From NCBI GenBank assembly GCA_039193915.1, contig JBCCWH010000001.1, positions 7,668 to 71,667 on the forward strand: a DNA stretch of 64,000 bases, given 5' to 3'. The position numbers and the translations under genes were made by a program. The notes beneath the pieces are model-generated. The model was not told the origin of the DNA and made no database searches. It saw only the letters and a list, made by a program, of their open reading frames with translations. The stretch is from Planctomycetota bacterium. Its GTDB lineage: Bacteria > Planctomycetota > Phycisphaerae > Phycisphaerales > Phycisphaeraceae. The stretch's first letter is position 1, and every line of letters begins with the position of its first letter. Positions 1-9,436 of this stretch are shown piece by piece.

Positions 1-2
1 CA

Positions 3-599
3 TGGACCGTCCCCGTCGTCATGGACGAAAACGGCAACCCCACCATGGACGACCCCACCGACCCCGGCACCTTCCGCCAAGGGTTCAACGGCTACCACTC
101 CGCAAAGATCGGCCTCTACTCACAGACCACCGGCGAGATGCACGAGATCCTCTTCGGGGGCATCTCGCTCCAGACCCTCGACGACAACGGCGACACCCTC
201 ACCGACGATTTCCTCCCCTTCGTCAACGACATCACCTCCGTGGTCATCGACGCCGACGGCAACTTCAGCCAGCACCACCTCGGCTTCTTCCCCGAGATCA
301 CCGACGACGAGGGCAACGTGATGCGCTTCGGCGCGAACGCCGAGTTCTTCGTGGCCGACGGCATCGCGATGCTCGAACACGACATCATCGACCTCGACGC
401 GCTCACCGGCGACACCGTCATCGGCTACATCGTCGGCGGGCTGTTCTCCAACGCCCCGCACACCCGCGGCGTCGATGGCGCGGTCTCCGGCGGCAACAAC
501 CAGGTCTTCGCCGTGACCTACACCGCCATCCCCGAGCCCGGCTCGCTGGCGCTGCTGGCACTCGGCGGCCTGTCGATGATGCGAAGGCGACGACGCTAA
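3..599 (+). CDS. PEP-CTERM sorting-domain protein, 5' end probably outside window
   Basis: Frame is open to the window edge; C-terminus IPEPGSLALLALGGLSMMRRRRR has the PEP motif, TM helix and basic tail. Confidence 0.9.
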   Translation, partial: WTVPVVMDENGNPTMDDPTDPGTFRQGFNGYHSAKIGLYSQTTGEMHEILFGGISLQTLDDNGDTLTDDFLPFVNDITSVVIDADGNFSQHHLGFFPEITDDEGNVMRFGANAEFFVADGIAMLEHDIIDLDALTGDTVIGYIVGGLFSNAPHTRGVDGAVSGGNNQVFAVTYTAIPEPGSLALLALGGLSMMRRRRR

Positions 600-656
600 A
601 CGCGGGGCAGATATGCCTGTCTGCCGTTCGACAAAGTCGAAAGACTGACTCGCCCC

Positions 657-732
657 AATAGCCGCATCGCTACGCGATGCCGGTTCTGCGCTCATCCGCC
701 GAAGCCCAGCGTTGCGTAGCAACGCGGCTATT
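657..732. repeat. REP-like doublet, family A (aatagccgc...gcggctatt)
   Basis: Outer inverted arms, each with an internal hairpin (gcatcgc-tac-gcgatgc; gcgttgc-gta-gcaacgc); second copy at 47718-47772. Confidence 0.75.
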
Positions 733-752
733 TCGCTTGCGCACCTCGATGC

Positions 753-1664
753 CTACCGCTGTACACCCGCGACTTGCCGAACCGGCAGCCCTGCGTCCGC
801 CATCGCCTGCTTGGCCTGCGCGATCGTGTACTCGCCGAAGTGGAAGATGCTCGCCGCCAATACCGCGTCGGCGCGGGTCTGTTTGAGCACATCGATCATG
901 TGCTGCGGCGACCCGCACCCGCCCGACGCGACGACGGGGACATCCACCGCGTCGGCGATGAGCTGGGTCACCTCGATGTCGTAGCCGTCTTTCGTCCCGT
1001 CGCCGTCCATTGATGTGAGGATGATCTCACCCGCGCCGAGTTCGACGACCTGCCGGGCGTACGTCAACGCCTCGACGCCGACCGGCTTGCGTCCGCCGTG
1101 GGTGTGGACCTCGAAGACGAAGGCGGATGGGCGATCGGGGATGGCCGAGGGATCGTGCAACGCTTCGGCCGGCAGCCATCCGCCATCGGACATCGGCCAT
1201 CCGCCATCCGGCGGCAACGCCCGGCCCGACGCATTGAAGTGCTCGACAAAAGCCGCCGGGGTCACACGTTTGGGGTCGATGTTCACCACTGTCGCGCACG
1301 TCCCGAACCGCTTGGCCGTCTGCGCGACGATGTCGGGCGTCATGATCGCGGCGGTGTTGATGCTCACCTTCTCCGCCCCCGCCTGGATCAGCCGGGTCAC
1401 ATCGTCGACCGTGCGGATCCCGCCCCCGACCGTGAAGGGCATGAAGCACCGCTCGGCCACCTGCCGGACCATGTCGTAGGTGATGTCGCGCGCCTCATGG
1501 CTGGCGGTGATGTCGAGAAACACCAGTTCGTCTGCCCCCGCCGCGTCGTACTGCGCGGCGATCTCGACCGGGTCCCCCGCGTCACGCAGGTCGACAAAGT
1601 TGACGCCCTTGACGACGCGGCCAAGGTTCACATCAAGACACGGGATGACGCGGTGGGTAAGCAT
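753..1664 (-). CDS. hisF: Imidazole glycerol phosphate synthase cyclase subunit with a ~45-aa internal insertion
   Basis: [70 protein letters not shown]; ATG at 1664. Confidence 0.96.
   Translation of the reverse strand: MLTHRVIPCLDVNLGRVVKGVNFVDLRDAGDPVEIAAQYDAAGADELVFLDITASHEARDITYDMVRQVAERCFMPFTVGGGIRTVDDVTRLIQAGAEKVSINTAAIMTPDIVAQTAKRFGTCATVVNIDPKRVTPAAFVEHFNASGRALPPDGGWPMSDGGWLPAEALHDPSAIPDRPSAFVFEVHTHGGRKPVGVEALTYARQVVELGAGEIILTSMDGDGTKDGYDIEVTQLIADAVDVPVVASGGCGSPQHMIDVLKQTRADAVLAASIFHFGEYTIAQAKQAMADAGLPVRQVAGVQR
1122..1210. repeat. Inverted pair of degenerate 7-mer arrays inside hisF
   Basis: gatgggc/gatcggg/gatggcc (1126-1146) versus agccatc/cgccatc/ggacatc/ggccatc/cgccatc (1174-1208). 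Confidence 0.75.
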
Positions 1665-1679
1665 CACCAAAGTGTAGAG

Positions 1680-1711
1680 TAAAGCACGGGGGTGGCCACC
1701 CCCGTGCTTTA
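1680..1711. repeat. REP palindrome, left of the HUH transposase gene
   Basis: Perfect 32-bp palindrome taaagcacgggggtggccacccccgtgcttta; it contains the transposase stop codon. Confidence 0.9.
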
Positions 1712-2332
1712 GGTGCCCTCGAAAAGGAAACCCCTCCCCAGCATCCAAACCGCCGCACCCTGCTTCGCATGCCCCTGGATGTAACGGGCAGCATTGACCT
1801 GATGCCCCCGATCCCGGATCGGCTCGCACTTGGGCCGATCCGCCCAAACCTGGCTTGCGGGCTTGAGACCTGCGGCCGAGAGTGCGAACGACGCATGCCG
1901 ACGCGCTCGGCCAAGATAGTGCCGCGGCGCCGGGTCGCGCCCGTCGCTTAGCGTGACGCTATTGAGCCGTTTCAAATCTGCTGCCTCAAGCTTTGGGAAC
2001 CTGGCCAATAGGTGGAAGTGGTTGGACGCGACTGCGAGCACCACCGCGTCAACCTCATCGGACATTAGCCTCTCCACCATCGCCCGGCATAGACAATCGC
2101 GCTGCGCATCATCCAAAACAACCGGCGGATGTGAGAGTTTCGCCTTCCTCTCCGCAAAAACGGGTTCCCACACACCTGCCGGCGGCGGCTTACGGTAGTC
2201 ACCCTCGACATGCTCGCGGTGGCGGAACGTCCGAAACCCGCGCGGGTCGCCACGCAGCCAAGTGCCGTATGTCGATCCGACGCAGTGATACCAGTTGTGC
2301 CACGCGTTTGGATTGGGGCCGCCTGCAGGCAT
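1709..2332 (-). mobile_element. REP-associated tyrosine transposase (RAYT/TnpA-REP-like, Y1 HUH family)
   Basis: N-terminal YHCVGSTYGTWLRGDPRG, HUH motif SNHFHLL, C-terminal ARYI tyrosine; flanked by near-identical palindromes. Confidence 0.82.
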
Positions 2333-2349
2333 ACGACTCTCCTTGCATC

Positions 2350-2381
2350 TAAAGCACGGGGGTAGCCACCCCCGTGCTTTA
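2350..2381. repeat. REP palindrome, right of the HUH transposase gene
   Basis: taaagcacgggggtagccacccccgtgcttta, one mismatch to the 1680-1711 copy. Confidence 0.9.
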
Positions 2382-2401
2382 CAAACCCATTTACTAGAGC
2401 C

Positions 2402-3067
2402 TTACAGCAACCCCTCTTCCTGATAACGGTTCAGGCGGTAGTAGAGGGTGCGCAGGCTGATGCCCAGGGCCTCGGCGGTCTCGCGGCGGTTGCCGTCGTG
2501 GCGGGCGAGGGTCTGGAGGATGTGGTGGCGTTCGAGTTCTTCGAGCGAGGCGTTGGCAGGGAGTTGATCTTCTTCAATGCCCGGTGCCGCGGCGGGTGTG
2601 GGCGACGGGGGCGCGCTCGGTTCGCCACCGTCCGCGCGGGGCCTCACTTCCGGGGGCAGCGTCACCGTCTCTTCCGGCGGCGTAGCGGTGTCGATGCGTT
2701 GCCAGGCGCGCGAGAGCGCTTGTTCGAGCTCACCCAGGTGCGTGGGCTTGGTCAGGAAGTCGACGACGTCGAGGCGGATCGCCTGCTGCGCGGTGTCCAG
2801 GTCGCCGAAGCCCGTGAGCACGATCACCTGCGTCGCCGGCCAGCCCCGGCGGACCTGCTCGAACAGCTCCATCCCCTGGATGCCCGGCAGATTCAAGTCG
2901 ATGATCGCCACGCCCCGCGGCTTTTCGCGCAGCATCTTGAGCGCCTCTTCGCCCGACCCTGCGCCGTCACACACAAACCCCATCTGCACGATCCCGCGCA
3001 CCAGCACCTCGCGCAGGCGCTGCTCATCGTCGACTACCAGGACGTCAGGTTTGGTTTGGGTTCGCAT
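2402..3067 (-). CDS. Response regulator: receiver + Pro-rich linker + Fis-type HTH, no AAA+ domain
   Basis: VLVVDDE, IIDLNLPG, VLTGFG, FLTKP; C-terminal GNRRETAEALGISLRTLYYRL. Confidence 0.92.
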   Translation of the reverse strand: MRTQTKPDVLVVDDEQRLREVLVRGIVQMGFVCDGAGSGEEALKMLREKPRGVAIIDLNLPGIQGMELFEQVRRGWPATQVIVLTGFGDLDTAQQAIRLDVVDFLTKPTHLGELEQALSRAWQRIDTATPPEETVTLPPEVRPRADGGEPSAPPSPTPAAAPGIEEDQLPANASLEELERHHILQTLARHDGNRRETAEALGISLRTLYYRLNRYQEEGLL

Positions 3068-3100
3068 GGGAGAAGTTTACTTGAGACGGGGCTTTGTTTT

Positions 3101-3189
3101 TAACGCCAAGAAGCCAAGATTGCGGAGAGGAAGCCAAACTCAGAGTCGTTTATTGGCTCTCTCTTCCTGCGTTTGGCTTCTTGGCGTTA
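3101..3189. repeat. 17-bp inverted repeat in the kinase-regulator junction
   Basis: taacgccaagaagccaa (3101-3117) is the exact reverse complement of ttggcttcttggcgtta (3173-3189). Confidence 0.8.
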
Positions 3190-3198
3190 GAAAAACCC

Positions 3199-4629
3199 TC
3201 ACCCCCTCAGCAGCGTGATTGTAAACGTGCTGCCCTTCCCCACACCGTCTGATGCAGCCGAGAGCACTCCGCCCAGGTCGCTCACGATCGCGTGGCTGAT
3301 CGACAGCCCAAGCCCGAGACCCGGCGTCGAGGGGCTGTTTTTCTCGGTGTAGAACGGCTCAAACACCCGCGCCAGCGTATCCGCATCCATGCCCCGGCCG
3401 TCGTCACGCACTGCGACCGAGACCTCATCCCCCGAACCCGACACGATCAACTCGACCCGGCCGCCGGTGTCCGTTGCTTCCAACGCGTTGATCACCAGGT
3501 TGAGCAGCACTTGCCGGAGCTGCGCGGGGTCGCTCTGGGCCACCGCCGCGCCGGGCCCGCCCGACACGACGACCGCGCATCCCTCGTGCTGCGGCAAGGT
3601 GCGCACCAGCCCGGCGACCTCTTCCGCGAGTGCTTGCAGATCCACTGGCTCCTTCTTCCCGCTACCGGGCCGGGCCAAAGACAGCAGCTTCTGCGTGATC
3701 GCCTTGCAGCGGAACGCCTCGTCGCGGATCGCGGTGAGTGGCTTGCGTGCCTCCTCGTCCGCATCGTCAAGCAGCGCCATCAGTGCCAGCTCCGCCTCGC
3801 CGGCGATGATGCCCAGCGGGTTGTTGATCTCGTGCGCCACCCCCGCCGCGAGGAAGCCGACCGACGCCAGCCGCTCCGACTGCGCGAGCTGGGCCGACCG
3901 CACCCGCACCTTCTCTTCGAGCCCGGCATACATCCCCGCCAACTCGTCGGCCATGCGGCTAAAGTCGTCGGCCAGCTTCACGAACTCCTTGTCCCCCGTC
4001 GCCTTGAGCCGCTGCGTGAAATCCCCTTGCGCAAGGCGATCCACCCCGCGCGAGACCCGGCGAAGCGGCGTCATCACCGCGCGGTACTGCCAAAGCCCGA
4101 TCAGGACCGCGAGCAGCGCGACAATGCCCGTCGTCGAGAGTAGCACGCGTGTCACCGAGCGTCGGCGGGCGTCGGCGGTCTGCCCGACCTCGGCGATGCG
4201 CTCCTCGATCGCGGCGGCCTCGCCCATCAATCGGTTGGTCGCGGTGTTGAGCGGCCCGGCCAGCTCGTCGCGCGTGGGTGGGCCGTAGGTGCCTTCGCGG
4301 ATGGCGGTGTCGAGCTGCGCCAGGTCGCCGCGCAGTTCCCGGGCCAGCGCGGGGGCCAGCGCGAGCTCGCCGCCTTCGAGTTCCAGCAACGCGCGCTGGA
4401 CGAGCGGGCGCAGACGGGCTGTATTGTCCGGGTCGGTCGCAAGGACGACGCGGGTGGTCTCGACCTTATTCGCAAACGTGTACGTCGCCCGCAGCTTGTC
4501 GTACTCGCCCAACGCGTCGTCGAGGTCACGGTTCAGCCCACCCAGCCCCCACAGCGAAACCCCGGCCACCACCAGCAGCGCCACGATCAGCGCAGCGGTC
4601 TTCAGCGTCAGGCGGGTGGAGAGGGTCAT
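3199..4629 (-). CDS. Membrane sensor histidine kinase (HAMP, HisKA, HATPase; NtrB-like)
   Basis: Two TM segments, H-box AGVAHEINNPL, N-box QVLLNLVINA, DDGRGM, FEPFYT, GLGLGL; start chosen at MTLSTRL. Confidence 0.93.
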   Translation of the reverse strand: MTLSTRLTLKTAALIVALLVVAGVSLWGLGGLNRDLDDALGEYDKLRATYTFANKVETTRVVLATDPDNTARLRPLVQRALLELEGGELALAPALARELRGDLAQLDTAIREGTYGPPTRDELAGPLNTATNRLMGEAAAIEERIAEVGQTADARRRSVTRVLLSTTGIVALLAVLIGLWQYRAVMTPLRRVSRGVDRLAQGDFTQRLKATGDKEFVKLADDFSRMADELAGMYAGLEEKVRVRSAQLAQSERLASVGFLAAGVAHEINNPLGIIAGEAELALMALLDDADEEARKPLTAIRDEAFRCKAITQKLLSLARPGSGKKEPVDLQALAEEVAGLVRTLPQHEGCAVVVSGGPGAAVAQSDPAQLRQVLLNLVINALEATDTGGRVELIVSGSGDEVSVAVRDDGRGMDADTLARVFEPFYTEKNSPSTPGLGLGLSISHAIVSDLGGVLSAASDGVGKGSTFTITLLRG

Positions 4630-4633
4630 GGGG

Positions 4634-4671
4634 GATGGCCGATTGCGGATTGCGGATTGCGGATTGCGGAT
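4634..4671. repeat. 7-mer tandem array (gattgcg)x4
   Basis: Seen directly, just upstream of the kinase start codon. Confidence 0.9.
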
Positions 4672-4755
4672 CGTCAATCATTGCCGCATGCGGCTTCGCG
4701 CGACGCCCCAAGTCTACCCCCCAAGCCAGCCCACGCCCGCCCAAACGCCAAGGCG

Positions 4756-4768
4756 TGCAAAACATGCA
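4756..4768. promoter_or_regulatory. Putative regulator binding site TGCA-N5-TGCA
   Basis: tgca-aaaca-tgca dyad in the divergent gap between the two-component operon and the TonB receptor. Confidence 0.4.
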
Positions 4769-4855
4769 ATCCGCCGGACGCCCCCGCTATGGTCCCCCAA
4801 CCGGTGGGGGCACGGCCGTGGAAGTCGTGACCACCGGGCCCCCAAGGAGTTTCCT

Positions 4856-7012
4856 GTGTCGATCACCCGCCCCGCAACCGCCCTGCTGCTGTCCGCCCTC
4901 GCAGGATGGACCGCCTCCCCCGCCAACGCCGACCCACGCGCCCAGCGCGAGTCGGCCAGCCCCATCGAAGTCGTCTCGATCGACGACCCGCTCATCGTCA
5001 CCGCCAACGCCTTCGAGACCCCCGCCTTCGACCTGCCCTACATCACCGATGTGATCGGCCAGGACGAGATCCGCGGCTACGGCATCCGATCGGTCCCCGA
5101 GGCCTTGAAGTACACCCCCGGCGTGCTCGTGCAGCGCACGGCCCACGGCCAAGGCTCGCCCTACATCCGAGGGTTCACCGGCTACCGCAACGTCTTCCTC
5201 ATCGACGGCATCCGCCTCAACAACTCCATCTTCCGGTCCGGGCCCAACCAGTACTGGAACACGATCGACCCGTTCTCGATCGAACGCCTCGAAGTCATCA
5301 AGGGGCCGACCTCGGTCATCTACGGCTCGGACGCGGTCGGCGGCACGGTCAACGCGCTCACCACCAACCCCTACGGCTACGGCGACACCCCCAACCTCGC
5401 GGGCCGGGCACAGGTGCGCTACGCGAGCAACGAACGCTCCCTGGGCGGACGCGTCGAGGGCAGCTACACCACCGGCGACCTCGGCGTTCTGCTAGGCGGC
5501 AGCTTCAGCGATTTCGGCGACCTGCAGGGCGGCAGCGACATCGGCCGGCAGGACGGTACCGGCTACGGCCAGTACGCCGCGGATGCCAAGATCGAGTACT
5601 TCCTGGACGACAACAGCCGGCTGGTCCTCGCCCACCAGCGCATCCGGCAGAACAACGTGCCACGCACACACAGCACCGTCGACGGCATCTCGTTCGCCGG
5701 CACAACCATCGGCTCCGACCTCCAACGCGACCTCGACCAGGAACGCGACCTAACCTATGTGCAACTCCACGCCGACGCGGTCGAGGACGGCCTGATCGAC
5801 GCGTTCAAGGTCGGCCTGTCCTGGCAGAACACCTTCCAGGTCGAGGACCGGATCCGCAGCAGCGGCCGACGCGACCTCAACACCGTGCGCGTCGGCACGT
5901 TCGGGTTCTTCGCCCAGGCCCAGACCCACGTGAGCGAGAGCATCACGCTGACCTATGGCCTGGATTACTACCACGACCGGGTCACCACCGCCGGGTCACG
6001 CACGACCGCGGGCGTGACGACCAACCTGGTCCAGGGCCCGTTCGGCGACGAGGCGACCTACGACCTGCTGGGACTCTACCTGCAAGCCGACTTCGACCTG
6101 ACCGACCGGCTCAACCTCGTCTTGGGTGGGCGATGGAACTACGCCTCGGCGGATGCGGGCCGGGTCAACAACCCGGCCGTCCCCGGCAACGACCCCACCA
6201 ACCCCGCGGACATCATCTCGGTCTCGGATTCTTTTGATGCGTTCGTCGCCAGCGCCCGGCTGACCTACGACATCGAGCCCGAGAAGCTCGTCGTCTTCGG
6301 CGGATACTCCCAGGGCTTCCGTGCACCGAACCTGTCGGACCTCACGGGCAACATCAGCAGCAACGCCGCAGACTTCGAGATCCCCAGCCCCGGGCTGGAG
6401 CCGGAGTTCTACCACGCCTTCGAGATCGGCCTCAAAGGGCAGAGCGAAAACTTCCGCTGGCAGGCGTCGTACTACTACACCATCATCGACGACCAGATCG
6501 TCCGCTTCGGCACGGGCAACCCCAACGAGTTCACCCGAGGCAACATCGGCGACGGCTACGTCAACGGCATCGAGCTCGAAGGGGTCTGGCAGCCCACCGA
6601 CGAGCTGACCCTGTTTGCCAACGCGTTCTGGCAGCTCGGCGAGGTCGATAGCTTCCCGGTCGTGGGCGGCCCGGAGGTCCGGGAGTACATCGAACGCAAC
6701 CCGCCGATCACCGTCAACCTCGGCGTCCGCTACGACGTGCCCGACCACCCGCTCTGGGTCTACGGCACCGTGACCGTCGCCAACCGCGCACGCTTTGTCA
6801 CCTCGCGTGACGCCCGAGACACCCAGCGCGTCCCCCCCGGCGGCACCCCGAGCTATGTCCTGGTCAACATCGGCGGCGGCTGGAAGTTCTCCGAAAACAT
6901 GGAGCTCACCGTCACGCTCGAAAACATCACCAACGAGGACTACCGCGTCCACGGGTCCGGCGTCAACGGCGCGGGCTTTGGCGCGGTCGTCGGGCTGAAC
7001 TGGACGTTCTAA
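4856..7012 (+). CDS. TonB-dependent outer-membrane receptor
   Basis: aaggag RBS before GTG 4856; signal peptide; plug motifs IRGF..LIDGIRLN, IERLEVIKGPTSVIYGSDAVGGTVN; FRAPNLSDL; C-terminal LNWTF. Confidence 0.95.
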   Translation: MSITRPATALLLSALAGWTASPANADPRAQRESASPIEVVSIDDPLIVTANAFETPAFDLPYITDVIGQDEIRGYGIRSVPEALKYTPGVLVQRTAHGQGSPYIRGFTGYRNVFLIDGIRLNNSIFRSGPNQYWNTIDPFSIERLEVIKGPTSVIYGSDAVGGTVNALTTNPYGYGDTPNLAGRAQVRYASNERSLGGRVEGSYTTGDLGVLLGGSFSDFGDLQGGSDIGRQDGTGYGQYAADAKIEYFLDDNSRLVLAHQRIRQNNVPRTHSTVDGISFAGTTIGSDLQRDLDQERDLTYVQLHADAVEDGLIDAFKVGLSWQNTFQVEDRIRSSGRRDLNTVRVGTFGFFAQAQTHVSESITLTYGLDYYHDRVTTAGSRTTAGVTTNLVQGPFGDEATYDLLGLYLQADFDLTDRLNLVLGGRWNYASADAGRVNNPAVPGNDPTNPADIISVSDSFDAFVASARLTYDIEPEKLVVFGGYSQGFRAPNLSDLTGNISSNAADFEIPSPGLEPEFYHAFEIGLKGQSENFRWQASYYYTIIDDQIVRFGTGNPNEFTRGNIGDGYVNGIELEGVWQPTDELTLFANAFWQLGEVDSFPVVGGPEVREYIERNPPITVNLGVRYDVPDHPLWVYGTVTVANRARFVTSRDARDTQRVPPGGTPSYVLVNIGGGWKFSENMELTVTLENITNEDYRVHGSGVNGAGFGAVVGLNWTF

Positions 7013-7047
7013 CTCAACCGCACCTAACGCCTCCCTGGAGACGACGC

Positions 7048-8142
7048 ATACCGACGAGCCCAACGCCCCCACCCCCGCCCGCGGTCAAGCGTCCGCCGAC
7101 CAGGCCGAGCACCCTGAAACTCGCAATCGGGTGCTACGGCCTGTCGGTGTTGGCCCATAGTGCGCTCGCGGCGGCCTGCCTGGTTACACCGTTCAAGCAG
7201 GGACCAAGCCCCGACACAGGCCGGCACGCCATCGAGCTCCGGTTCTCGGCAGGCTCGGCGGTGGCGATGGAGCTGATGCGTTCCCAGCCGGGCCTGTCGG
7301 AACACGTCGACCCCGAAGCCGAGGCTAACGCGCGGCCGGTGGACCCCATCCTGCCCGAGGAGGTCCCGGAGTTCGTGCACCAACTGCCGGAACACACCGC
7401 CGAGCCCGAGTTGATCGATGAGCCCAGGCCAGATGATCCTAAGACACCAACGCACGAGACCCAAGAGCCGGCCACCCCTGTCGAGCCCACGCCCCGGGCT
7501 GAGCCCGAGCCCGTTGAGCCGGTCGAGCGGGTGGAGACTCCCGACAAGCCCATACCGCAGCCCGAACAGGCTGAAGAAGTAGCCCAAGACCCGCCCGCCC
7601 CGCCTACCAACCGCACCGCGCCCAGCGACCCCATCACCGACCCGCAGCCGCCGGGGGGAGCGACCCAGCCGACCGATCGACCCGAGCAGCCCAACCCTGC
7701 GGAGGTCGGGGCCGATCCGCCAGACAACCCCGCCAGCCCCGACGACAACGAACTTAGCCCACCGCCCGATCCGGCCGCCCCCAGCGAAACGCAAGAGACA
7801 CCCCCGACCCACGAGCCGCCGACCACCACCGACGAGCCCGAGGCGACGCAGGACGACACCGTCTTCAGCGAAGACGAGGTCGATACGCCGCTGCGTTTCG
7901 ACAGGCAGGTGGCCCCGACGGCCTCTGCCCGATCGCGTCGGCAAAACGAAACCGGGACCGTCGAGATCCTCGTCCACGTCGATGCGGAAGGGAACCTGGT
8001 CGACGTTCGAGTCCTCGACAACGCGGGGTACCCGCGCCTGGCCGACGCGGCGCTGCGGGCGCTATCAGCCTCGACCTTCCACCCCGCGACCCGCGACGGC
8101 CAGCCCGTCGCCAGCACCCGACGGATTGAGTACCAGTTCTAG
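7048..8142 (+). CDS. Energy transducer TonB family protein (start uncertain: ATA 7048 or GTG 7147)
   Basis: TM anchor with SxxxH (GLSVLAHSAL), long Pro/Glu-rich linker, TonB C-domain GTVEILVHVDAEG..GYPRLADAALRA..FHPATRDGQPV. Confidence 0.85.
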   Translation: MPTSPTPPPPPAVKRPPTRPSTLKLAIGCYGLSVLAHSALAAACLVTPFKQGPSPDTGRHAIELRFSAGSAVAMELMRSQPGLSEHVDPEAEANARPVDPILPEEVPEFVHQLPEHTAEPELIDEPRPDDPKTPTHETQEPATPVEPTPRAEPEPVEPVERVETPDKPIPQPEQAEEVAQDPPAPPTNRTAPSDPITDPQPPGGATQPTDRPEQPNPAEVGADPPDNPASPDDNELSPPPDPAAPSETQETPPTHEPPTTTDEPEATQDDTVFSEDEVDTPLRFDRQVAPTASARSRRQNETGTVEILVHVDAEGNLVDVRVLDNAGYPRLADAALRALSASTFHPATRDGQPVASTRRIEYQF

Positions 8143-8214
8143 TAACCTATCGATCGCCTAGGGCAAATCATCGGTCACATTCTGCTGAGCGCCTGCTATC
8201 CTGCCCGACTCGGG

Positions 8215-8601
8215 ATGAAGGCGAATGCACACATCACGTTCCGTTGGCTAGTCCTCGTGTGGTTTGCGCTCTGGATGGGTGTTCTCATGCCAGGCCACTC
8301 ACGCGGTGTCGTGCCCCTGCCGGGCACTGCGCCCCAAGACTCTCATGCGTGCTGCGGTTCGGACACGGCAAGGACCTGCGATCCCGTCCAGGGTCAACAA
8401 GAAGACGCCCCCGTTGACCCCGCCAAGTGCTGCGCGGTGTGCTACTTCAACGCGACGCTCAACACACCGCCCCCGGTCACACTGTACATCCCCTACCTCG
8501 GGCAGCTAGATGAGATCGCCTATCGGATGTGTGACGCGCTCGCGCCGCATCAGCGGTTAGCCCCTGACCTCTACCGTGGCCGGCCCCCGCCGACGGCCTG
8601 A
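8215..8601 (+). CDS. DUF2946-like small exported protein with CxxC and C-terminal RxPP
   Basis: Hydrophobic N-terminus, HACC, KCCAVC, ends YRGRPPPTA. Confidence 0.75.
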   Translation: MKANAHITFRWLVLVWFALWMGVLMPGHSRGVVPLPGTAPQDSHACCGSDTARTCDPVQGQQEDAPVDPAKCCAVCYFNATLNTPPPVTLYIPYLGQLDEIAYRMCDALAPHQRLAPDLYRGRPPPTA

Positions 8602-8702
8602 CATCGTCCCGCCCCTCACTAATGCGCACACACTCCCCGGGCTTCTCAGCCCGCGCGGTTGTTGTTCGCATTCACGTTCCATCTGTACAAGGAACCCCGG
8701 CG

Positions 8703-9389
8703 ATGCAACGCCAACACTCTGCTTTTACACATATCGAATTGCTGGTGGTCGTCGCGATCATTGGCGTGCTGGTGGCGCTATTACTGCCAGCCCTCGGCCG
8801 GGCCCGCGACTCTGCCCGACAGACGCAGTGCCTGTCGAACATGCGCCAACTCGAAGCCGCGCACCACACCTTCATCGCCGAGAACGACGGCCAGATGATC
8901 GGCACCCGGCACGGTGGTGCGGGCCGGGCGTGGGTCGAGGTGCTGCGGAGATACAGCGACATGCTGCTGTTGCGATCTCCGGTCGATACAAGCCCACACT
9001 TTGCGGGCGGAACCGCGATCGACGGGGTCTATCGGCAGACCAGCTACGCGATCAATTACCGTGTCTCGCCAGACAACCCCGTGGGCTACCACCGTATCGG
9101 GCAGGTGACCAACCCGTCACACACGGTCCACACGGTGATCAAGGTGTTCCGGGGTGATGCGGCCGTGGCCGACCACGTCCACCCGCGCTTCTGGCACAGC
9201 ACGATCCCCGGCGGCACGCCACAGAAGGCCTCGTTCGAGGTCCAAACCCATGCCTTCGGCGGCGACGCCGGAGCATGGGAAGCCATCAGCAACTACGGCT
9301 ACCTCGATGGCCACGCCGAGGCGCTACGCTTCGACGGCGTCTACACCGACGCCTCCAACAACGACTTCGCGACCGATGTCGCGGACTAA
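8703..9389 (+). CDS. Prepilin-type N-terminal cleavage/methylation protein (planctomycete H-X9-DG-like family)
   Basis: [37 protein letters not shown]; C-terminal [11 protein letters not shown]; internal DHVH. Confidence 0.9.
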   Translation: MQRQHSAFTHIELLVVVAIIGVLVALLLPALGRARDSARQTQCLSNMRQLEAAHHTFIAENDGQMIGTRHGGAGRAWVEVLRRYSDMLLLRSPVDTSPHFAGGTAIDGVYRQTSYAINYRVSPDNPVGYHRIGQVTNPSHTVHTVIKVFRGDAAVADHVHPRFWHSTIPGGTPQKASFEVQTHAFGGDAGAWEAISNYGYLDGHAEALRFDGVYTDASNNDFATDVAD

Positions 9390-9436
9390 CTCCATTGTTT
9401 CCATCTACCGCTATTTACACGAGAAAGAGAACCGGC

